The notes under the pieces were generated by a model that saw only the letters and a program-made list of their open reading frames with translations, had not been told where the DNA came from and searched no databases. The position numbers and the translations under genes are program-made. A stretch of DNA of 32,000 bases from an uncultured Lentisphaeria bacterium (GTDB lineage: Bacteria; Verrucomicrobiota; Lentisphaeria; JABSQK01; JAJFLO01), in the NCBI GenBank assembly GCA_951812855.1, contig OX638337.1:780001-812000 (forward strand), in the 5' to 3' direction. Of the stretch, positions 19,777-28,901 are shown piece after piece; position 1 is the first letter of the stretch, and each line of letters opens with the position of its first letter.

Positions 19777-20904
19777 ATGAATATTGGAATACTTAAAGAA
19801 TCATATTCAGGCGAAACACGCACATCTGTTTTACCAGATAACGTTGGAAAACTGATAAAGAAAAATGCCGGAGTTCTCATTGAAGCGGGACTCGGAAGTG
19901 CAGTTGGTATTGATGATAGCGAATACTCAGACACAGGTGCAAAGCTATACAGAAACCGGTCTGATTTACTGCCTGAAGTCGATATGATTCTTCGATTGCG
20001 TAAACCCACCATACCTGATCTCAATCTTCTAAAAGAGGATTGCGTCCACATCAGTTATTTAGACCCATTCAATGAAAAAGAAATTATTGAAACATGTATT
20101 AACAGGAAAATAAGCACGATCAGTATGGAGATGATTCCACGAACAACCCGTGCTCAAAAAATGGATTCCCTCAGTTCCCAGGCCAGTATTGCAGGATACT
20201 CAGCGGTCATTCTGGCAGCAGATCGACTGAATAAAATTTTCCCAATGATGATGACACCCGCCGGAACAATCTCTCCGGTACGAATTTTTATAATTGGTGT
20301 CGGTGTAGCCGGTCTGCAAGCCATAGCAACAGCGAAACGTTTAGGTGCCAAAGTAGAAGCATTTGATACCCGGCCGGTTGTGGCAGAACAGGTCCAATCG
20401 CTTGGTGCAAAATTCATCCATGTTGATATTGGGGAAACAAGTCAAACAAAAGATGGATATGCAACAGCACTTACTCCAGAACAGCTGGAGTTGCAACGCA
20501 GGGGAATGGCGAGGGTATGTGCAAATTCCGATGTTGTCATAACCACAGCCCAGGTGTTCGGCCGTAAAGCCCCCGTAATTTTAACTGAAGACATCATCAC
20601 ACAAATGAAACCCGGAAGCCTTGTTATTGATATGGCTGTGGAATCGGGAGGAAATGTTCAATGTTCTAAACCCGACGAAGATGTGAATATCAATGGTGTA
20701 ACCATTATTGGAGTCAAAAATTTTCCAGCCCGATCTGCCTATCATGCAAGTCTGATGTATTCCAATAATTTATATAATTTTGTCCAGGAATTTTGGGATG
20801 ATGATCAAAATAAATTTGTCCTGGATCCGGACGATGAAATCATTCAGGCCTGCCTGATTACACATAATGGAAAAATTGTGAACAACAAAATACAGGGAAT
20901 CTAA
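19777..20904 (+). CDS. pntAA: NAD(P) transhydrogenase subunit alpha, part 1 (dI)
   Basis: The fold is alanine-dehydrogenase-like, with the Rossmann motif IIGVGVAGLQAIATAKRLGA. It is followed by the small membrane alpha-2 subunit and the beta subunit. Confidence 0.92.
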   Translation: MNIGILKESYSGETRTSVLPDNVGKLIKKNAGVLIEAGLGSAVGIDDSEYSDTGAKLYRNRSDLLPEVDMILRLRKPTIPDLNLLKEDCVHISYLDPFNEKEIIETCINRKISTISMEMIPRTTRAQKMDSLSSQASIAGYSAVILAADRLNKIFPMMMTPAGTISPVRIFIIGVGVAGLQAIATAKRLGAKVEAFDTRPVVAEQVQSLGAKFIHVDIGETSQTKDGYATALTPEQLELQRRGMARVCANSDVVITTAQVFGRKAPVILTEDIITQMKPGSLVIDMAVESGGNVQCSKPDEDVNINGVTIIGVKNFPARSAYHASLMYSNNLYNFVQEFWDDDQNKFVLDPDDEIIQACLITHNGKIVNNKIQGI

Positions 20905-20905
20905 A

Positions 20906-21202
20906 ATGGAAACCGTTATATTTCTCACATTTATATTGGTCTTATCCATATTTTTAGGGTGCGAATTAATTTCAAAAGTACCGTCAACACTTCATACTCC
21001 GTTGATGTCCGGATCAAATGCAATATCAGGTATCACGATTGTTGGAGCCTTAATCGCCGCGGGTACAGGGAATAATCATGAGACCATTATTTTGGGAATA
21101 CTGGCCCTGGTATTTGCAACAGTTAACGTCGTCGGAGGTTACCTGGTAACAGACCGAATGCTGGCAATGTTTATAAAAAAAGACACCAAAAAGAAACAAT
21201 GA
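20906..21202 (+). CDS. pntAB: NAD(P) transhydrogenase subunit alpha, part 2 (membrane)
   Basis: A 98-aa protein with three hydrophobic helices (HTPLMSGSNAISGI motif). It starts 1 nt after the pntAA stop. Confidence 0.85.
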   Translation: METVIFLTFILVLSIFLGCELISKVPSTLHTPLMSGSNAISGITIVGALIAAGTGNNHETIILGILALVFATVNVVGGYLVTDRMLAMFIKKDTKKKQ

Positions 21203-22584
21203 CCTCACTGCCTCTATTAATTGAATTGTGCTACATTTTTTCAGCTGTTTTGTTTATTTCAGGCATAAAAATGCTCAGTTCTCCGATGACAGCCCGCAGG
21301 GGGAATTTGATTTCTTCTATAGGAATGTTAATCGCAATAGCTGCTACTTTAGGTAAATCCGGACTTCATTTTAAATTTATTATTATAGGGATCGTTGCAG
21401 GAACAGTTATTGGAATCGTAACAGCCAAGACTGTAGCAATGACATCAATGCCGGAAATGGTCGCCTTACTCAATGGGTCAGGCGGTATAGCAAGTTTATT
21501 AGTTGGCTGGGCTGAATTTCATTCAAAAATTACGACACACTCTGGTCCGATATTACTTGCAATTGTATTAACAGTAACGATTGGCGGCATCACATTTTCA
21601 GGTAGTCTCGTCGCATTTGGAAAACTTTCCGAAAAGCTGCCGGGAAAACCAATTTTGCTGCCGGGGCAGAATGTATTTAACGTGATATTGGCTGCTGCAA
21701 TTATAATTATCGGATTTATGTTTTGCTTCAGCAATTCCTTTACGGCTCATTATCAGCTGTTTATTTCAATTATCATTATTGCATTAGCACTTGGTATATT
21801 AGGTGTAATACCAATCGGCGGAGCTGATATGCCGGTTGTCATATCATTGTTGAACAGCTATTCGGGACTGGCAGCATGTGCCGCAGGCTTTGTTATACTC
21901 AATAAAGTACTGATCGTCTCTGGTGCCCTGGTTGGAGCAAGTGGAATTATTTTAACCAGCATTATGTGCAAAGCGATGAACCGCTCACTGAGCAATGTGC
22001 TTTTCAGTGGATTCGGATCCGGGACCACAAAAGCTAAAAACAAAGATTCACAGGGAGACGTTAAACCCATCAACACCAACGATGCGTTTCTCGTACTTGA
22101 AGCTGCATCATCTGTTGTCATAACCCCCGGATACGGTATGGCAGTTGCCCAGGCACAACACGTTGTTAACGAACTTGGAAACCTTCTTGAAGAGAATGGC
22201 TGCGAAGTCCGATATGCGATCCATCCTGTTGCAGGTCGTATGCCCGGACACATGAATGTGTTATTAGCAGAAGCAAATGTGTCCTATGATCTGCTTGCTG
22301 AACCTGATGACGTCAACCCTGTCATGGAGAGTATAGATGTCTGCATCGTCATTGGTGCAAATGATGTTGTTAATCCGTCAGCCAGGGACGACACCTCCAG
22401 CCCGATATATGGTATGCCGATCATCAATGTCGATAAGGCAAAGACAGTGTTTGTCCTGAAACGGTCAATGGCCTCAGGGTTTGCAGGCATTGAAAACCCA
22501 CTGTTCTTTGGCGAAAATACCCGAATGTTATTCGGTGATGCCAAGGCTTCTGTATCAGCTCTTGCAGCGAAGTTTAAAGGGTAA
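21199..22584 (+). CDS. pntB: NAD(P) transhydrogenase subunit beta
   Basis: A multi-TM N-terminal part is followed by the dIII NADP(H) domain (PGYGMAVAQAQH, YAIHPVAGRMPGHMNVLLAEA, GANDVVNP). An ATGA overlap with pntAB suggests translational coupling. Confidence 0.93.
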   Translation: MTSLPLLIELCYIFSAVLFISGIKMLSSPMTARRGNLISSIGMLIAIAATLGKSGLHFKFIIIGIVAGTVIGIVTAKTVAMTSMPEMVALLNGSGGIASLLVGWAEFHSKITTHSGPILLAIVLTVTIGGITFSGSLVAFGKLSEKLPGKPILLPGQNVFNVILAAAIIIIGFMFCFSNSFTAHYQLFISIIIIALALGILGVIPIGGADMPVVISLLNSYSGLAACAAGFVILNKVLIVSGALVGASGIILTSIMCKAMNRSLSNVLFSGFGSGTTKAKNKDSQGDVKPINTNDAFLVLEAASSVVITPGYGMAVAQAQHVVNELGNLLEENGCEVRYAIHPVAGRMPGHMNVLLAEANVSYDLLAEPDDVNPVMESIDVCIVIGANDVVNPSARDDTSSPIYGMPIINVDKAKTVFVLKRSMASGFAGIENPLFFGENTRMLFGDAKASVSALAAKFKG

Positions 22585-22603
22585 ATAAAGAGAAATTGGC
22601 AAG

Positions 22604-22619
22604 AAGGTTATAACCTTTT
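22604..22619 (+). terminator. weak candidate intrinsic terminator after pntB
   Basis: AAGGT-TATA-ACCTT followed by TTTA, 20 nt past the pntB stop. The stem is short and AT-rich. Confidence 0.3.
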
Positions 22620-22653
22620 AGGTGATTCATTTGAATCAATAAATCTGGGCTTA

Positions 22654-22674
22654 CGAAAATGTCGGACTGCCGAC
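22654..22674 (-). terminator. candidate intrinsic terminator for the S4-domain gene
   Basis: The minus strand reads GTCGG-CAGT-CCGAC then ATTTTCG, starting 9 nt after the stop at 22683. An overlapping alternative hairpin, CTGCC-GACA-GGCAG, lies at 22667-22680. Confidence 0.4.
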
Positions 22675-22682
22675 AGGCAGAC

Positions 22683-22865
22683 TCAATTGACTTTAATTCG
22701 AAATTTCTCTTCACCAAATTCAATAATATCACCTGAAACAATTTTTTTACGTTTTCCAGTTTCTACGTTTCCATTAACAAGAATATGTCCTTCAGCGATC
22801 ATAAACTTTGCTTTACCGCCGCTGCTGCACACACTATCAAAAAATGGATGCGAAACGCACAGCAT
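22683..22865 (-). CDS. small S4-domain RNA-binding protein (YbcJ-like)
   Basis: SGGKAKFMIAEGHILVNGNVETGKRKKIVSGDIIEF matches the S4/YbcJ pattern SGG-AK...G-V-VNG-x-E-x-x-x-x-x-K-x-x-GD. The protein is 60 aa. Confidence 0.7.
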   Translation of the reverse strand: MLCVSHPFFDSVCSSGGKAKFMIAEGHILVNGNVETGKRKKIVSGDIIEFGEEKFRIKVN

Positions 22866-23122
22866 TTTTTGTGCGTGATCATAAAATCATTAAAATTCTT
22901 AATCGCAATACCACCTTATACCAGTTCATAAATCCATGAAAATACTTTTAAAGAATCAAGTAACTTAGCCAATTTAAAGACAATTGTTATGTTGTCTGAT
23001 ATCAGTACAGAATTGAAAAAGAAGATGGAGGCGTTAGACGCTAACGGTTATGTCATTAACCCATTAAGATATAAAACGATAACAGAGAAAATAAATATTA
23101 TATTCAATTTTCAGGGGCAAAA

Positions 23123-24586
23123 TTAGTTGTCGTCTGTAACACCACTGATTATATCTTTAGCGATTAATTGTTGATTTCCGTATCCGCTAATAGTAAAAAT
23201 TCCCCGGGCTTTACCGTTTGAAAATCCTGAAATTTGGCTGGGATAGATAAATCCCTCAGTAACTATAAGTTGAATAAAACTGTTAAAGTCAGAGCAGGGA
23301 AATCCAAATTCATCCAGTAATATCACTTCGATCAAAACATTATTCCCAGGATTGATTAATGTTCCGCCCGGGAAGTTTAGTTCTATTAAACTGGGTCGTT
23401 TACAATCGGATAAACCGATTTGATTTAAGTTTGCTGTTCCTGAACTGTCATGAAATACAAGGGATATCGTTTGAACTGATGTTGAAATTGATGTCTTTAA
23501 GGTTGTAAGAGGTAAATTAATTGTAGCATATTTGGTTTTTATAGATTTTGTCGGAATTTTTATAGAATCCTGTTCTCCTGATGACGATGAAAAAACAGCA
23601 CTCATTTTTGTAAATGGATTCGAACTTTTCATTCTTAAAATTAAATATTTATTGGACGAAATATCAACACCTTCAGCGGCTAGTTTTGTTACCCACTTTA
23701 CGTTTTCTTTTGACCATGATAACGATAATATGCCGTCAGATTCAACGGTATGATTAAGTTCCGGGCTTGTCCCTGTTTTTGTCGTCCCCGTTTCACCAAA
23801 ACTATTTGATTGGGCAATTTTCACATCATTTTTATGGTTTACATTGTATTTATCGATTGGAACAAAATCATCAATTAAGCCTGTGAATGATTCATATACT
23901 CCTGGCGGGGTTGATTTTTTGCTGATTGGAGTATCAACAGGTTTGGTTTTTACAGCAGGCTTCGGCAAGGGTTGATTCTTTGCAGCCAGTAAAACATCAT
24001 CGATATATAGATCAACAGCTTTCTGCACTGAAACAACAATAATTCCAATTTTAGTGATCGATTCCGGCGTAAATAATCGGTGGTCATGTGATGCTTTCGG
24101 GCCTTCTTTTGTAAAGTTTTTATCAGAGAAATCAACACTGAATTTTTTCCATTTGTCAATAGATGAATCTAAGTTCTGCTGCTGATCTGTTTTTTGTGTC
24201 CACTCACTGCCATTTTCAAACGCAAGCTTTAGGGAAATTGTTACCTCCCTTTCTTTAATTGAGCCGGTTGCTTTCAGCCAGTATGAAATAGATGAATACT
24301 CTGAAAAGTTCTGCGTTGTATCAAATTCTTTCAGCAGTACACAGCCCCAGCCGGCACCGGACGTTGAAATTTTTAATGAGTGTGTCCCTGCTTTTGCTCT
24401 TTTTGTGGTGATTTCCCAAGTCCCGTAACCGAAAAGGCGATGGGAGCCTTCAATACCTGTGCCTTCATAATTATCAATAGTCTTAGCATGACAAGTACTA
24501 TAAAAGGTAATGGTTAAGCAAAAATACACCATTATCCATAAAATTAGAATTTTCAGTCTTTTCAGATTCATTTGTTGTAATCTCAT
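23123..24586 (-). CDS. secreted protein with two jelly-roll (CBM11/CIA30-like) modules and a C-terminal Ig-like domain
   Basis: The signal peptide is MRLQQMNLKRLKILILWIMVYFCLTITFYSTCHA. The ATG at 24586 has an AAGGA RBS, while the ORF extends to a TTG at 24613. Two modules each start with an I-D-N/D-F/Y-E-like motif, separated by a P/K/T-rich linker (PLPKPAVKTKPVDTP). The domain assignment is from pattern recall only. Confidence 0.7.
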   Translation of the reverse strand: MRLQQMNLKRLKILILWIMVYFCLTITFYSTCHAKTIDNYEGTGIEGSHRLFGYGTWEITTKRAKAGTHSLKISTSGAGWGCVLLKEFDTTQNFSEYSSISYWLKATGSIKEREVTISLKLAFENGSEWTQKTDQQQNLDSSIDKWKKFSVDFSDKNFTKEGPKASHDHRLFTPESITKIGIIVVSVQKAVDLYIDDVLLAAKNQPLPKPAVKTKPVDTPISKKSTPPGVYESFTGLIDDFVPIDKYNVNHKNDVKIAQSNSFGETGTTKTGTSPELNHTVESDGILSLSWSKENVKWVTKLAAEGVDISSNKYLILRMKSSNPFTKMSAVFSSSSGEQDSIKIPTKSIKTKYATINLPLTTLKTSISTSVQTISLVFHDSSGTANLNQIGLSDCKRPSLIELNFPGGTLINPGNNVLIEVILLDEFGFPCSDFNSFIQLIVTEGFIYPSQISGFSNGKARGIFTISGYGNQQLIAKDIISGVTDDN

Positions 24587-24686
24587 ATCCAATTCCTTTT
24601 CCCTAAGAGTCAAAAAACAGTAAAAATCGCATATGAACGAATTTTTATATGATCTCCTTCATTGTCAACGGTGGAGTCCGGGATTA

Positions 24687-25817
24687 TTAAATATTTTCAA
24701 TTATGACATCAACGATTTCGTTACCGGCATTTGGTCTGGCTAATTTACTGGCATTTTTTCCCAGTTTATCGAATTCATCTTTAGCATTGACCCATCGTGT
24801 GATTTCTTTTATAAGTAATTCTGGACTGCAGTTTTTTTGTTCCAGTATATATCCGGCATTTTGTTCGTACATTATCCTGGCGTTTTCAAACTGATGATGA
24901 TTTTTAGCCGTTGGGAGAGGGATATATAATGCACATTTTCCAAGAGCAGTCAATTCGGAAATTGTGGAGCCGCCTGCACGACAAATGATAAGGTCCGATG
25001 CGATTATAAGTTCTTCAATATCCTGATACTCTTTCTTTATGAAAAAATTAAGTTTCTTTTTCTTATACAGGTTTTCAATATCGTGATTATCATCCTGACC
25101 GGTAAGATGAATTATTTGAAACTTCACCATATCCTGTGATAATTCCCGGATCGATTTTTGAGTAAGATCATTGATAAATTTTGCCCCCTGGCTGCCCCCG
25201 AAAACCATTAAAACCGGCAGCACCGGATCCAGGTTTAAATCGTTTTTAATCCTTGCCTTATTATTAGAATCACAAGAAGCCTTGCAGGCATTTATAATCT
25301 GGTCACGTATCGGCATACCAACAATTTTATAAGGCACTTTCATTTTAGCTGGATTTTTTACTGGAAATGAGAGCAGAACAAATCGGGCGTATTTTGACAA
25401 TAACCTGTTTGAATCGCCCATTATTGAATTTCCTTCATGCAAAAACAGTGGAATTTTTTTTGATTTTGCGGCAAATCCAAGCGGGGCACTTGCGAAGCTT
25501 CCCATCCCTAATGCAGCATTTATTTTTAGACGATTTATCAGATCCCGGTGGATTATTGTATGGTATAAAAATTTGAATGAGAATAAAGGCAACAGTAGTT
25601 TATTTTCCGGAATTTTACACGTGGGGACCGGAATGGTATCGATACATTCACTTTCAGCGATTTTAATTTGTTTTTGAATATGATTGCCTCCGATGAAAAG
25701 GATTGCATTTCCACCCCGCATCCTGATTATTTTTGCAATGGTTAGTCCCGGGAAAAAATGTCCGCCGGTTCCACCACATGCAATAGCAAGATTAAGTTTT
25801 TCTATTTTCGTATTCAA
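24687..25817 (-). CDS. murG: undecaprenyldiphospho-muramoylpentapeptide beta-N-acetylglucosaminyltransferase
   Basis: The N-terminal motif is GGTGGHFFPG and the C-terminal motifs are GGSQGA and RAGGSTISEL...HQFENA, typical of GT28 MurG. Confidence 0.93.
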   Translation of the reverse strand: MNTKIEKLNLAIACGGTGGHFFPGLTIAKIIRMRGGNAILFIGGNHIQKQIKIAESECIDTIPVPTCKIPENKLLLPLFSFKFLYHTIIHRDLINRLKINAALGMGSFASAPLGFAAKSKKIPLFLHEGNSIMGDSNRLLSKYARFVLLSFPVKNPAKMKVPYKIVGMPIRDQIINACKASCDSNNKARIKNDLNLDPVLPVLMVFGGSQGAKFINDLTQKSIRELSQDMVKFQIIHLTGQDDNHDIENLYKKKKLNFFIKKEYQDIEELIIASDLIICRAGGSTISELTALGKCALYIPLPTAKNHHQFENARIMYEQNAGYILEQKNCSPELLIKEITRWVNAKDEFDKLGKNASKLARPNAGNEIVDVIIENI

Positions 25818-25868
25818 ATATTACTCCGACGATTTATTCCTATAATCACCTAAGATAATCTAATTTTT

Positions 25869-26579
25869 ATGTTCGATTTTAATTTTCCAAACAAATTAAT
25901 AAAAGAATTAATCTTCCCGTCAATATGTGGAGTCTGTTTAAAAAATAAACCGAATCATATTGGAATATGTGAAGAATGTCACTCAAACATGCTCGAAATT
26001 CCACCGCCAAATTGTGTCGGCTGCGGTGGTGCCCTGGATGGTGTCATTGATTTGTGTCAGGAGTGTCTGCATAATCCTCGACCCTGGGAAAAAGCATATT
26101 CACTATATGAATTTAAGAGCCTTCCACGTCAGACTATACTTGGGTTAAAGTACGGGGGAAATATTTTGTACGCAAATATCTTAAGTAAACTCATCGTGGC
26201 GAAATGGCCTGCGTCTAAATTTGTTGATCATTATGATTTCATCGCACCTGTTCCGCTGCACTGGTTCAAGAAAATGCAACGAGGATACAACCAGTCTGAA
26301 CTAATCGCCCGTGAATTATCGGAATTATATTGTCTAACATACCTGAATGCACTGTCCCGGATTAAATGGACTCAATCACAAACATCATTAACTCGTCGAA
26401 AAAGGCGAAAGAACCTTAAACAGGCATTTGAAGTAAAGCAATCGATTAATTTAACGAGTAAATCGGTATTACTTATTGATGATGTGTTAACCACGGGTTC
26501 AACATTAGCTGCATGCACTGATAAACTTATTGCCGCGGGATGCGATTATGTTGGTGTGTTGACAATTGCCAGGGGCTGA
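25869..26579 (+). CDS. comF: ComF-family protein (phosphoribosyltransferase domain)
   Basis: Cys-rich N-terminal zinc-finger-like pairs (CGVC...CEEC, CVGCGG...CQEC) are followed by the PRTase motif VLLIDDVLTTGST. Confidence 0.85.
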   Translation: MFDFNFPNKLIKELIFPSICGVCLKNKPNHIGICEECHSNMLEIPPPNCVGCGGALDGVIDLCQECLHNPRPWEKAYSLYEFKSLPRQTILGLKYGGNILYANILSKLIVAKWPASKFVDHYDFIAPVPLHWFKKMQRGYNQSELIARELSELYCLTYLNALSRIKWTQSQTSLTRRKRRKNLKQAFEVKQSINLTSKSVLLIDDVLTTGSTLAACTDKLIAAGCDYVGVLTIARG

Positions 26580-26664
26580 TGGGAAATTGATTTTTTATTC
26601 TGAAATCAATAGACGTCAGACAAAACTGACGTAGAGTAATTTATCTTAAGCCGAAATAACTATT

Positions 26665-26782
26665 TTGAAGCCGGTCCGCGGGACCTGTGTGCCGGTACCT
26701 TGTGAACCGAGTCAGATGGGGAACCAGGCAGCTCTAAGCTATGGTACCGGGCACCGCAGGAACACCCGCGGGCCGGTTTCAA
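26665..26782 (+). ncRNA. ffs: signal recognition particle RNA (small, 4.5S-type)
   Basis: This is a GC-rich island. TTGAAGCCGGTCCGCGGG pairs with CCCGCGGGCCGGTTTCAA, and both mismatches are G-U wobbles that are valid only on the + strand. GTGCCGGTACC pairs with GGTACCGGgCAC. The apical region GUCAGAUGG-GGAA-CCAGGCAGC matches the conserved domain IV GNAR tetraloop and symmetric loop (E. coli has GUCAGGUCC-GGAA-GGAAGCAGC). It sits directly upstream of dnaX, a common arrangement. Confidence 0.85.
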
Positions 26783-26805
26783 ATTTAACTTCCGAATTTA
26801 ATCTT

Positions 26806-28395
26806 ATGTCTTACCAGGTATTAGCGCGTAAATGGCGTCCGCAAAAGTTTAAACATGTTGTCGGACAAGCCCATATTACTACAACCTTACAAAATGCTGT
26901 GAAGAAAAATCGGATCGGACACGCATACTTATTCGTTGGTCCGCGAGGTATCGGTAAAACAACAACCGCCCGAATATTTGCGAAGGCACTGAATTGTCAA
27001 AATCCGGAATTTGATGCAGATCAAAACATAGAACCCTGCTGTGTCTGTGATACGTGCAAAGAAATTGCAAATGGTAATTGTCTTGATGTCATTGAGATCG
27101 ATGGTGCATCTAATAATAAAGTTGATAATATTCGAGAACTGCGGGATACTGTACAGTATACTCCAACACATGGAAGGAAGTATAAAATATACATAATTGA
27201 TGAGGTTCACATGCTGACCACTCAGGCATGGAATGCATTGTTGAAAACTCTTGAAGAACCGCCTCCCCATGTGAAATTCTTTTTTGCAACGACTGAAGCA
27301 CATAAAGTAATTCCGACTATTGTGTCGCGTTGTCAACGATTCGATTTAAAGCGGATATCGGTATCAATTATTGCCGATCAACTTCGTGAAATTGCGGATA
27401 AAGAACATGTTGTCGTTGATCAGGAAGCGTTGATTCTCATTGCACGGGCTGCAGATGGCGGCATGCGTGATGCTCAATCTGTATTCGATCAAATGATTGC
27501 CTTTTGCGGTGGTTCAGATGAAAAATCAAAGATTAAAGAATCGGATGTTGTTGATGTGTTTGGTCTTACATCCAGCATGGATTTGTTAGAGTTATTAACT
27601 GAATTAATCCGTAATTCACCGACAAAAGTCATGGCCGTTATCCATCGGCTCGCTGAAGGTGGATGTAACCTTGAACGACTCTATTCTGATATCCTCTTCA
27701 GTTTGAGGAATGTGATGATTTTTCAATATATTGAATCCCCTTCACAGGTCGTTGAAATCAACAAGTCCGAACAGGCTGAATATGCTGAAATTGCTGAAAT
27801 GGCAGGGAAAAATGTGGTGCAGAGTCTTGTAGAAGGATTAATGACCCATGAGATAAATATTCGAAATTATCTCAATAAAAGAGTCTTCATTGAGGTGACC
27901 TTACTCAGAGTTATGAAAGATGCACATGCAGTATCGCTTGATGAGGTATTGACGAATTTACGTAAACTTCAAGATAACAGGGATACTCTCATGAATAATC
28001 CTGAGATAAAAAGAGAGAAATCTAAAAATGTAGACGGTGATGTTGGCAACTCGATTCCGGTAAATCATCCATCGACAAATGAACGGGGTAATGAAAATCA
28101 AAATACGAACATCCAACGTGATAACAGTTATTCTAAAATTTCTAATCCTGTCAGTGATAACGATAATCAAAACCTTATTCACAATCGCGTCCATGAACCA
28201 CGTGATTCCTATCCAGACCAAAATGAATGTGAAGACGAATCGAAGTCGGTATCCGGCAATGCTGAAATTACGGGGGGAAAAACTGGGAAAAAGCTGATTT
28301 CAAGTCCAGAAATTCAGGAAGAACTGAAAAAGAACAAATTTGTAACCAGGGTAACCGACATGTTTAATGGCAAAATTATCGATGTTAGAGGATAG
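26806..28395 (+). CDS. dnaX: DNA polymerase III subunit tau/gamma
   Basis: MSYQVLARKWRPQKF, the Walker A motif GPRGIGKTT, a CxxC zinc module, DEVHML and SRCQRF are present. The true start is the ATG at 26806. The ORF-track start at 26665 (TTG) reads through the SRP RNA. The linker before the conserved C-terminal end is N/D/Q-rich and low-complexity. Confidence 0.93.
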   Translation: MSYQVLARKWRPQKFKHVVGQAHITTTLQNAVKKNRIGHAYLFVGPRGIGKTTTARIFAKALNCQNPEFDADQNIEPCCVCDTCKEIANGNCLDVIEIDGASNNKVDNIRELRDTVQYTPTHGRKYKIYIIDEVHMLTTQAWNALLKTLEEPPPHVKFFFATTEAHKVIPTIVSRCQRFDLKRISVSIIADQLREIADKEHVVVDQEALILIARAADGGMRDAQSVFDQMIAFCGGSDEKSKIKESDVVDVFGLTSSMDLLELLTELIRNSPTKVMAVIHRLAEGGCNLERLYSDILFSLRNVMIFQYIESPSQVVEINKSEQAEYAEIAEMAGKNVVQSLVEGLMTHEINIRNYLNKRVFIEVTLLRVMKDAHAVSLDEVLTNLRKLQDNRDTLMNNPEIKREKSKNVDGDVGNSIPVNHPSTNERGNENQNTNIQRDNSYSKISNPVSDNDNQNLIHNRVHEPRDSYPDQNECEDESKSVSGNAEITGGKTGKKLISSPEIQEELKKNKFVTRVTDMFNGKIIDVRG

Positions 28396-28526
28396 GGGTT
28401 TCTTATTTAGGATTGCCATTGGTCTTCATTAGGTATGTCAGCAGGATTAATGGTGGTGTAGTTAAAAAATTATCGATATCGATCAAATTTTAAACATTTT
28501 AAATCAAAGACTTACAGGGAATTTCT

Positions 28527-28832
28527 ATGTCGAATCTTGGTAAAATGATGCAGCAGGCTCAAAAAATGCAAAAAGATGTTGAAAAGGCACAAAATGATTT
28601 GGGAAATATGGAAGTTACATATTCAAAAGATGGTGTCAGTATTGTTGCACGTTGTGATAATACAATTAAATCAATATCGTTAGATGATGAATTGGTTAAA
28701 TCCCGGGATAAAGAGATGTTAGAATATTTGATTTTGGTTTCGGTTAATGGTGCCCTGAATAACGTTAGAGACAAAACAGAATCAGAATTATCCGGAATCG
28801 CGGGTGGACTCGACCTTTCAGGTTTACTGTAA
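28527..28832 (+). CDS. ybaB: nucleoid-associated protein YbaB/EbfC
   Basis: The 101-aa protein begins MMQQAQKMQKDVEKAQ, and the following beta region is typical of YbaB. It lies downstream of dnaX. Confidence 0.9.
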   Translation: MSNLGKMMQQAQKMQKDVEKAQNDLGNMEVTYSKDGVSIVARCDNTIKSISLDDELVKSRDKEMLEYLILVSVNGALNNVRDKTESELSGIAGGLDLSGLL

Positions 28833-28861
28833 TTTTCCTTAATCCCGGCTCACAGATTTTA

Positions 28862-28901
28862 GATTCGGTAATGCGTCGAATCATCTGATTCGAACCGAAT
28901 C
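28862..28901. other. compound palindrome with four alternating GATTCG/CGAATC half-sites between convergent ybaB and maf
   Basis: GATTCG is at 28862 and 28887, and CGAATC is at 28877 and 28896. ATTCGGT (28863-28869) pairs with ACCGAAT (28894-28900), and CGAATCA (28877-28883) pairs with TGATTCG (28886-28892). No U-tract follows on either strand. Confidence 0.4.

Noticed and set aside
22989-23126. A 45-codon ORF (MLSDISTELKKKMEALDANGYVINPLRYKTITEKINIIFNFQGQN) in the 257-bp spacer.
   Set aside because: There is no RBS and no recognisable motif. It overlaps the 3' end of the convergent secreted-protein gene and is indistinguishable from a chance ORF in AT-rich DNA.
14576-24613. Long N-terminal extensions in the ORF track for rnr (to 14576), gcvP (to 18124), aspartate kinase (to 19652) and the secreted protein (to 24613).
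   Set aside because: Each extension begins at a TTG and adds residues with no counterpart in homologues. Internal ATGs align with canonical N-termini, and for aspartate kinase and the secreted protein these ATGs have a visible RBS.
26586-26632. Two hairpins after comF (ATTGATTT/AAATCAAT and ACGTCAG/CTGACGT) as terminator or ffs promoter elements.
   Set aside because: They are real inverted repeats, but neither is followed by a U-tract. I cannot distinguish a comF terminator from chance AT-rich symmetry, so I did not call them as features.
26665-26805. A 47-codon N-terminal extension of DnaX starting at a TTG.
   Set aside because: The extension is the SRP RNA read as protein. The canonical DnaX N-terminus begins at the ATG at 26806.
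12887-27336. ORFs of 100-137 aa nested in or antisense to rnr (12887-13201, 13466-13834, 14128-14430), gcvP (16465-16878, 17088-17420), pntB (21858-22253) and dnaX (26929-27336). Similar short ones lie in acnA, metF, murG and der.
   Set aside because: All lie entirely within strongly supported conserved genes. Their compositions are low-complexity or odd and they carry no motifs. They are shadow ORFs.
28285-28293. GGG AAA AAG in dnaX as a possible -1 frameshift site like the E. coli tau/gamma A AAA AAG site.
   Set aside because: It is not a full X XXY YYZ heptamer. It lies only ~35 codons from the natural stop, so a shift would not yield a gamma-like product, and no downstream stem-loop is evident.
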